Of a DNA stretch of 11,648 nt, positions 1-6,715 are shown piece after piece. The stretch lies in assembly GCF_006345805.1 (NCBI RefSeq), contig NW_021826858.1, forward strand, positions 1 through 11,648, written 5' to 3'. The stretch is from Octopus sinensis (Eukaryota). How positions within the stretch are numbered: position 1 is the stretch's first letter; the number at the start of each line of letters is the position of its first letter. The notes under the pieces were generated by a model, which made no database searches, was not told the DNA's origin, and was given only the letters and a program-made list of their open reading frames with translations. Position numbers and translations under genes: made by a program.

Positions 1-10
1 TTGTTTTTTC

Positions 11-52
<42 letters not shown>

Positions 53-60
53 TATATATC
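11..60. repeat. (TA)n microsatellite
   Basis: Nearly pure TA dinucleotide run. Confidence 0.95.
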
Positions 61-338
61 TATAAAAAAAATATATAAATATTTATTTTCTATGACCTTT
101 GTGTCAGTAAGACTCGCTGAAGATGACTAAGTGATATTTTCACAAAGTTTGAAATGGTGACTATACAGGTTTGTAAGGCCTTTCAATTTACGATTCGTTC
201 CGTTGTTGGTACGGGGTCTTAGAATTTCTGCTCATTCCTCCAATTTCAGTTAACGTATATCAGTGAAAATTTGTGGTTGTAGTCGTCTTCTGACTGTTAT
301 TTTTAGCGTGCTGGTCTTACTTGTTGCACCCTTAATTC

Positions 339-600
339 TTTTTTTTTTTTTTTGCTCCCTTTTAAAGCCTAGCCAGGCTCATGGGCCCGGTTTCCCGGTT
401 TCTGTGGCGTATGTGTTCCCCAGCTGGACGGGGCGCCAGTCCATCGCAGCGTTACTCATTTTTGTCAGCTGAGTGGACTGGAGCAACGTGAAATGAAGTG
501 TTTTGCTCAAGAACACAACGCGTCGCCCGGTCCAGGAATCGAAACCACAATCTTACGATCATGGTACTGACACCCTATCCACTAAGCCACGCGCCTGCAC
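339..600 (-). mobile_element. tRNA-derived SINE (type C here) with CORE-like central segment and A-rich tail
   Basis: Minus strand has A-box TGGCTTAGTGG (579-589) and B-box-like GGTTTCGATTCC (535-546), then a CORE-like GTTGTGTTCTTGAGCAAAACACTT...GCTCCAG segment and a poly(A) tail (T-run 339-353). Flanked by a near-TSD gcacc(c/a)ttaatt at 326-337 and 602-613. Head shared with the SINE at 5026-5236. Confidence 0.85.
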
Positions 601-810
601 AGCACCATTAATTATTAATAGATATGTATGTATGTATGTCTACGACGTAAAATTTTGACATAATTGAACGTTTTCTCTGGTGTTAATCATGACTAAGGCG
701 TTATGGATTTGGTTACAATTTTATGCAATAATAAGAGTTTTCATTTCATGATGGTAGAAGGATATGTACGTATATATGTATATATACATGCTTATATTCA
801 TACAATCGTC

Positions 811-855
811 TGTGTGTGTGTGTGTGTGGTGTGTGTGTGTGTATGGGTGTGTGTA
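811..855. repeat. (TG)n microsatellite
   Basis: Interrupted TG run. Confidence 0.9.
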
Positions 856-989
856 TATCCTTAACAATGTTCCAGCCCGGAAACATATATTATAAATGCA
901 TCAAAAGTATGTATATATATATATAATTATATATATAATATATATTAAATTTTAAATGAGGGTGAAAAATTAATATATATATTATATAT

Positions 990-1390
990 CTTTTACTCTT
1001 TTACTCTTTTACTTGTTTCAGTCATTTTGACTGCGGCATGCTGGAGCACCGCCTTTAATCCGGGACTTTTCTTTATAAGCCCATACTTATTCTATCGGTC
1101 TCTTTGCCAACGCTAAGTAACGGGGACATAAGCACACCAGCATCGGTTGTCAAGCAATGCTAGGGGACAAACACAGACACACAAACCACACACGCAACAT
1201 ATATATATATATATATACATATATACGACGGCTTCTTTTCAGTTTCCGTCTACCAAATCCACTCACAAGGCTTTGGTCGGCCCGGAGGCTATAGTAGAAG
1301 ACACTTGCCCAAGGTGCCATGCAGTGGGACTGAACCCGGAACCATGTGGTTGGTAAACAAGCTACTTACCACACAGCCACTCCTGCGCCT
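990..1390 (-). mobile_element. tRNA-derived SINE (type A here), near full length
   Basis: Reverse complement aligns along its length with the + strand copy at 5502-5916: A-box TGGCTGTGTGG, B-box GGGTTCAGTCCC, CORE-like ACCTTGGGCAAGTGTCTT, internal TA/TG microsatellite and (GTAAAAGA)n tail at 990-1013. Short deletion in the 3' part relative to that copy. Confidence 0.92.
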
Positions 1391-1450
1391 TATATATATA
1401 TATATAATATCTATATATATATATATATTATATAATATATATATATATAT
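1391..1450. repeat. (TA)n microsatellite
   Basis: Interrupted TA run; a similar tract lies at 909-946. Confidence 0.9.
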
Positions 1451-1471
1451 AAAATTTAAAATGAGGTTGAA

Positions 1472-1905
1472 AAATTGGATATTAATTTAATTAATATCAA
1501 TTTAACACCAGTGGTCTAGCAAATTAAAATCTGAAGGTTCAGTGAAGTTGGATTACTTACATATGAGAGGGATGACCACTATGTGGACAACCCCTATGCT
1601 AGAAGTAGATAAGCTATGGTCTTACCACTAAGAAATGTAAGCGGGCAAGAGAATGAAAAGTAACAAAAATATAGATTTTTGTTACTTTTCGTTTCTCTTG
1701 CCCGCTTACGTTTCTGGTGTTTGCTAAATTGTCTTGAGAACATTTCTTAGTGGTAAGACCATAGCTTATCTACTTCTAGCATAGGGGTTGTCCACATAGT
1801 GGTCATCCCTCTCATATGTAAGTAATACAATTTACTGAACCTTCAGATTTTAATTTGCTAGACCACTGGTGTTAAATTGCTGTTAATTAAATTAATATCC
1901 AATTT
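1472..1905. repeat. Long inverted repeat / foldback (arms 1472-1670 and 1675-1905)
   Basis: Direct reverse-complement comparison gives perfect blocks of 87 bp (1552-1638 / 1740-1826) and 46 bp (1498-1543 / 1834-1879), a 4-nt apical loop ATAG (1671-1674) and a 32-nt extra segment in the right arm. Confidence 0.97.
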
Positions 1906-2203
1906 AATTAATTAATATCCAATTAATATCCATATGTATGTATGTATATATATAAGAACGATATAAAACGAGGATGGGGGAAATCAGGCCTTAATACCAG
2001 ACACTACATTTGTTTCTGCACTGCAGACCAGCTTTTGAATATGCTGAGTTTATACTCATATAACATTATAGAAGATCGTTCTTCATAATTATTATAATAT
2101 ATTTGAATATTTTTCGACAACAGCTGTATGTGGCCGCTGCATCGGAAGAAATACAAGTAATTCCTGTTGGATTTCGTGAATACAATTGGCATATGACGTA
2201 TAT

Positions 2204-2440
2204 TTCTTTTAACCAATCAGATTGTTAAATTCCCGGGCATGCAAGCATAGCCATATACGTAAAATTACAATAACACCAACAACAACAACAATAGCAATAA
2301 CAAGGACAAAGTGACCTCTTCGAAGTGTTTATTAGTAATAATAAAAAGAAAAAAATGCGTAACGAAATTAACCTTATTTCAGCGGTGGTGAACGCCTTTT
2401 GCCAAGCACTGGAATCCAACAACCTGATTGGTTGAAATAA
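2204..2440. repeat. Imperfect 30-bp inverted repeats containing AACCAATCAG; MITE-like
   Basis: 2204-2233 matches the reverse complement of 2411-2440 at 25/30 positions. Confidence 0.5.
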
Positions 2441-2691
2441 ATGCATATCGTATACTCATCGGCATCACATATCCATCATATATTCAGACATTTTTTTTTT
2501 CATATTTCCCTGCAATCTGATGCCGGGCATGATTGGTCGACGATGAAAGCGTTCATGATGGCAATGTTGAAAGCTTATGTTTCACTGCCACAAAACATGT
2601 CTAGTAGGATGTACCCGTTCAAGATCTTTCTTTTAATTTTCATGGACAGCTTGGGACTTCCCATGAAGTTTTCCACCCCATATATGTAAAT

Positions 2692-3081
2692 GAGCAAGGC
2701 GTAGCTGTCTGGTAAGAAGCTTGAGGCGAGCTGGCAGAAGTGTTAGCACGCCGGGCGAAATGCTTAAACAGTATTTCGTCTGTCGTTACGTTCTGAGTTC
2801 AAATTCCGCCGAGGTCGACTTTGCCTTTCATCCTTTCGGGGTCGATAAAATTAAGTACCAGTTACGCACTGGAGTCGATGCAATCGACTTAATCCCTTTG
2901 TCTATCCTTGTTTGTCTTCTCTGTGTTTAGCCCCTTGTGAGCAATAAAGAAATAAGAAGCTTGCTTCCCGGGTTCAGTCCCACTGCTTGACACCTTGGGC
3001 AAGTGTCTTCTGCTATAGCCTCGGGCCGACCCAAGCCTTGTGAGTGGATTTGGTAGACGGAAACTGAAAGAAGCCCGTCGT
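2692..3081 (+). mobile_element. SINE type A, 5' half, interrupted by a type B SINE
   Basis: Head GGCGTAGCTGTCTGGTAAGAAGCTTG (to 2723) resumes at 2953 with GCTTCCCGGGTTCAGTCCC...GAAGCCCGTCGT. Matches 5502-5666 apart from a short deletion before the B-box. Confidence 0.9.
2724..2952 (+). mobile_element. tRNA-derived SINE (type B here) with perfect 11-bp TSD
   Basis: TSD TAAGAAGCTTG at 2713-2723 and 2953-2963. B-box-like GAGTTCAAATTCC at 2795-2807 and central GACTTTGCCTTTCATCCTTTCGGGGTCGATAAA domain. Homologous to 10487-10653. Confidence 0.92.
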
Positions 3082-3348
3082 CCCTTTCATTCAACCTCTC
3101 GTTATTATTATCTCCCTTTCATTCAACCTCTTTTTTCCAATCATTCGCCATGTTGGACCACTGAACTAAACACGTTTTTTTCATTCTTTTTCATTCTCTC
3201 TCTGTTTCTTTCCTCTTATTCCTTTCTGTTAAAGAGCGTAGGCTCGAAACGTAAAATACTTTTCCATTTTTCCCGAGCGTCAAACTAATTACACTTGCTT
3301 GTTGTTCATACAACTGTCTTCGTCTTTGGTTTTTCTATAAATTCGAAC
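3082..3348 (+). mobile_element. Short Penelope-like (pLTR/retrozyme-like) insert with degenerate hammerhead, inserted in the SINE's internal TA tract
   Basis: Lies between the two halves of one type A SINE, ends in (TA)n at 3349 and contains a minimal type I hammerhead layout at 3222-3257. The PLE assignment rests on established hammerhead/PLE association. Confidence 0.6.
3222..3257 (+). ncRNA. Degenerate minimal type I hammerhead ribozyme motif
   Basis: (c)ttt - CTGTTAA (cf. CUGANGA, 2 mismatches) - a - GAGC gtag GCTC - GAA - ACGT palindrome - A - aaa(t). Stem II is perfect, stem I is 3 bp, and the catalytic core is mutated. Confidence 0.6.
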
Positions 3349-3386
3349 TATATATATATACGTATGTGCGAGTTTGTGTGCGTGTA

Positions 3387-3426
<40 letters not shown>

Positions 3427-3666
3427 TGTATGTGGTGTGTGTGTGTGTGTGTGTGTGCGTGTCAGTGTTTGTATCCTCATCACCACTTGGCAACCGGCGT
3501 TGGTGTACTTACGTCCCCGTAACTCAGTGGTTCGCTAAGAGACCGATAGAATAAGTACTAGGCTAACAAAGACTAAGTCCTGGGGTCGATTTGTTCGACA
3601 AAAAACCTTTCAAGGTGGTGCTCCGGCATGAAATGAAACAAGTAAAAGAATAAAAAATAAAAGAAT
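3349..3666 (+). mobile_element. SINE type A, internal microsatellite plus 3' half
   Basis: TA/TG tract, then ...TTACGTCCCCGTAAC...GATAGAATAAGTAC...GGTGCTCC...GAAACAAGTAAAAGAATAAAA, homologous to 5700-5916. Confidence 0.88.
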
Positions 3667-3770
3667 GTACATATATGAATATGAATATAATATATATATA
3701 TTATATATTATATATATATATATATATAATAATGTTGGTGTGTGTGTGTATGTGTATATATAGATTTATA

Positions 3771-3806
<36 letters not shown>
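3667..3806. repeat. Compound (TA)n/(TG)n microsatellite
   Basis: Visible repeat runs. Confidence 0.9.
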
Positions 3807-3810
<4 letters not shown>

Positions 3811-4057
3811 AGATGATTGTATTTTTCCCTTGTTAACAATTACACGGAAAAAATAGATAAATAGTTACCAGGGTAGCAAAAACTCTCACAAGTAAAGAGG
3901 CTGTAACTCCTTGCTTTTAAAGGTAGAAACTTCGGGTTTACGTGGCATTTTTAAAAATATCTTATTGACGAGTTTCATTTCTTCACTTCCCTGAAGAGAA
4001 GATTACGTTGTTTTACACCATTTATTCCTTTGGAATGATATAATTTTATAATTTTAG

Positions 4058-4345
4058 TCAACATATTCCCCACTCAAATTCATACTTATTGCAGTGGTCC
4101 TTCATGACGTGAACAGCACCGGCGTTGTTCTCTGTGGTCGCGGTAGTTCGCCGTCTCGACCGGGGTTCGTCTGTGACCTTGAAATGACAATTCCTAAACT
4201 GTGACACCCAGATTTTCACTGTGGAGTAAGATGGGCACTCAGCTTTCATGACTTCCTTCATCTCGCCATGGATTTCCACCGCTCTTTTGCCTTACAGAAA
4301 GAGGAACCTCATGACCGCCTGTGCTTCAGTTTTACCAAAATCCAT
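4058..4345 (-). pseudogene. Mariner (Tc1/mariner) transposase N-terminal HTH region, truncated, with in-frame stop
   Basis: Translation MDFGKTEAQAVMRFLFL*GKRAVEIHGEMKEVMKAECPSYSTVKIWVSQFRNCHFKVTDEPRSRRRTTATTENNAGAVHV matches the mariner N-terminus pattern (AVIxFL; PSxxTVxxW; DEPRSGRP; TxENI). Stop at 4292-4294; similarity fades near 4100. Confidence 0.88.
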
Positions 4346-4421
4346 CGTAGGGGCTGTCATCATGCGTCAAGTCTGCAAAAAAATGATATAATGCTTACTA
4401 TCATAGTTTTTTCGCATATCT

Positions 4422-4452
4422 TTTCCTAAATAGTTTTCCTACGTCCCCTGTA
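4422..4452 (-). mobile_element. Probable 5' terminal inverted repeat of the mariner element with TA target site
   Basis: Minus strand reads TA|CAGGGGACGTAGGAAAACTATTTAGG, about 105 bp upstream of the ATG. No partner TIR found in the window, so the length is uncertain. Confidence 0.55.
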
Positions 4453-4642
4453 AAGGTAGCAGTTCTACCCTTTCGCCTAGGAACTCTTCCGCACACCCTC
4501 ATACAAAGCCTCACTGTATTTTAAATGTAAATGTAAACACATTCTTCCTATTGCTAATGGTATGCAGAAAATGTTGTTGGTGGTGATGATGATGATGATT
4601 GTGTTGTTGATTCTATTGCTGTTGCTATTGTTGTAGTTACTG

Positions 4643-4731
4643 TCTTCTTCTTCTTCTTCTTCTTCTTCTTCTTCTTCTTCTTCTTCTTCTTCTTCTTCTT
4701 CTTCTTCTTCTTCTTCTTCTTCTTCTTCTTC
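4643..4731. repeat. (TCT)n trinucleotide repeat
   Basis: About 30 pure units; source of the poly-E ORF. Confidence 0.97.
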
Positions 4732-5025
4732 CAATCAGGATTCTCACGCCATTAGCCACAAAGAATAATCTCTAATTCGAGCTTACTCTAAGCTACTAAG
4801 AATGCTTGTGGCAACTTGAAGATCCACCCACCACACTCGATAGACTGTCGGTTGCCAGGTGCGAAAGCTACGTTGTTATCCTCAATGCGTAAACGGTGGC
4901 TTTTTAACGGGTGGAGAGCTGAACCATCCTGGGGTAGGGAGGATTCGCAATCTAGACGAGGGCCTGAAAGTTTACCACACCATAGTGGGTTACACCATGG
5001 TTCCTCTGCTTTGTGGCAGAATTAA

Positions 5026-5236
5026 GAAGAAAGAGTGAGAGAAAGTTGTGGTGAAAGAGTACGGCGGGGTTCACCACCCACAACCCCACCCCCACCCCAC
5101 CCCGCCGGAGCCTCGTGGAGCTTAGGTGTTTTTTTTTTGCTAAATAAACACTCAAAATGCCCGGTCTGGGAATCGAAACCGCGTTCTTACGACCGTGCGT
5201 CCGCTGCCCTAAACCACTGGGCCATTGCGCCTCCAC
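5026..5236 (-). mobile_element. tRNA-derived SINE (type D here), apparently 3'-truncated
   Basis: A-box TGGCCCAGTGG (5214-5224) and B-box-like GGTTTCGATTCC (5169-5180). Head and CORE-like segment are related to the 339-600 SINE, then the body differs. No tail is visible. Confidence 0.82.
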
Positions 5237-5245
5237 TGCTGCTGC

Positions 5246-5278
<33 letters not shown>

Positions 5279-5330
5279 GTTGTTGACGGTGTTGCTGTTC
5301 TTATTGTTGCGACTGTTGTGTTGTTTGTTT
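5237..5330. repeat. (CTG)n/(TTG)n compound repeat
   Basis: Visible trinucleotide runs. Confidence 0.85.
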
Positions 5331-5501
5331 ACTACTTAGATGTTGGCGATTTGACAAGTAGTTTATTTACCAAAGGTCTGTATGTCTTGTCTGGATGAGG
5401 TAGTGAGTGCTTTTTGTGCTTAAGTGGAGAACAGAAACAAAACAAAAAAAAAAGAAAAATTAAATAAATTAGAACGTGGAATCGAAAATTTTTTTGTTAG
5501 C

Positions 5502-5916
5502 AGGTGCAGGAGTGGCTGTGTGGTAAGTAGCTTGCTAACCAACCACATGGTTCCGGGTTCAGTCCCACTGCGTGGCATCTTGGGCAAGTGTCTTCTGCTA
5601 TAGCCCCGGGCGACCAATGCCTTGTGAGTGGGATTTGGTAGACGGAAACTGAAAGAATCCTGTCGTATATATGTGTATATATATAAAGTGTGTGTGTATA
5701 TGTTTGTGTGTCTGTGTTGTCCCCCCTAGCATCGCTTGACAACCGATGCTGGTGTGTTTACGTCCCCGTCACTTAGCAGTTCGGCAAAAAGAGACTGATA
5801 GAATAAGTACTGGGCTTACAAAAGAATAAGTCTTGGGGTCGAGTTGCTCGATTAAAGGCGGTGCTCCAGCATGGCCGCAGTCAAATGACTGAAACTAGTA
5901 AAAGAGTGAAAGAGTA
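5502..5916 (+). mobile_element. SINE type A, full length
   Basis: A-box TGGCTGTGTGG (5513-5523), B-box GGGTTCAGTCCC (5555-5566), CORE-like TCTTGGGCAAGTGTCTT, internal TA/TG tract and GTAAAAGAGTGAAAGAGTA tail. Confidence 0.93.
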
Positions 5917-6161
5917 ATAGAGACGTCGATGGCTATTAAAAAAAAACGAAGCGTGTGGGCTGTTTTTATGTTGATTTAAGAGGTCACGAGTAAGGCAGAT
6001 AATTGGCTATATGCAAAATTCAGAAGTCAGAATCCGTGTTGTGACTCCGAGAGAAACGTGGGTTTTTGGTTTCTGATATCAAGGCACCGATGTCGAAGAT
6101 TAGTTTTCCAAGGTAAAAAAAAAGCCAAAAAAAAGAAAACAAGAGCGTCTGTTAAAAATAT

Positions 6162-6216
6162 ACAGACGTGGCTGGTTTGGTAAGAAGCTTGCTTCCCAAA
6201 CACATGGCCGGGAAGC
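6162..6216 (+). mobile_element. SINE type A head fragment
   Basis: TGGCTGGTTTGGTAAGAAGCTTGCTTCCCAAACACATGGCCGGG matches the type A head, then jumps to AAGC and the TG tract. Confidence 0.75.
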
Positions 6217-6679
6217 GTGTGTGTGTGTGTGTGTCTCTGTGTGTGTGTCTCTGTGTCTCTGTGTGTGTGTGTCTGTCTGTGTGGGTGTCTCTGTGTGTGT
6301 GTATGTGTGTGTGTATGTGTGTGTTTGTGTGTGTGTGTATGTGTGTATGTGTGTGTATGTGTGTGTGTGTGTCTGTGTGGCTCTGTGTGTGTGTATGTGT
6401 GTGTGTGTGTCTCTGTGTGTGTATGTGTGTGTGTTTGTGTGTGTGTCTGTGTGTGTATGTGTGTGTGTTTGTGTGTGTGTCTGTGTGTTTGTGTGTGTGT
6501 ATGTGTGTGTGTGTGTCTGTGTGTGTGTGTATGTGTGTGTGTGTGTTTGTGTGTATGTGTCTCTGTGTGTGTGTCTCTGTGTGTGTGTATGTGTGTGTGT
6601 GTATGTGTGTATGTGTGTGTGTATGTGTGTGTGTGTGTGTTTGTGTGTGTGTCTGGTGTGTGTGTGTGTGTGTGTGTGT

Positions 6680-6714
<35 letters not shown>
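6217..6714. repeat. ~500-bp interrupted (TG)n microsatellite
   Basis: TG tract with frequent TA/TC/TT variants; source of the poly-CV and poly-HT ORFs. Confidence 0.97.

Positions 6715-6715
<1 letters not shown>

Noticed and set aside
519-600. tRNA-like sequences at SINE heads (also 5160-5236 and 5502-5570)
   Set aside because: A and B boxes are present but there is no complete cloverleaf, and each continues into a SINE body; not tRNA genes.
2015-2085. Cluster of short palindromes (TCTGCA-C-TGCAGA, TGAGT/ACTCA, GAAGA/TCTTC)
   Set aside because: Stems of only 5-6 bp, at chance level.
2501-2690. Coding-looking unique segment; one minus frame gives ...NIAIMNAFIV, faintly like piggyBac C-terminal DIAIVNAFIL
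   Set aside because: Match is too short, an in-frame stop lies just upstream, and the acceptor-like site reads CTGCAA rather than CAG. A tBLASTx would be needed to rescue it.
3990-4035. CTGAAGA hammerhead-like core
   Set aside because: No stem II and no downstream GAAA.
3918-4473. TAAAGGTAG repeated at 3918 and 4451, with a partial inverted copy at 4461-4473, as a possible boundary of the mariner relic
   Set aside because: Too short and not accompanied by a second mariner TIR.
4477-4734. Poly-Glu ORF; likewise poly-N/D (8374-8709) and poly-YI (11228-11565) ORFs
   Set aside because: Trinucleotide or dinucleotide repeat artefacts.
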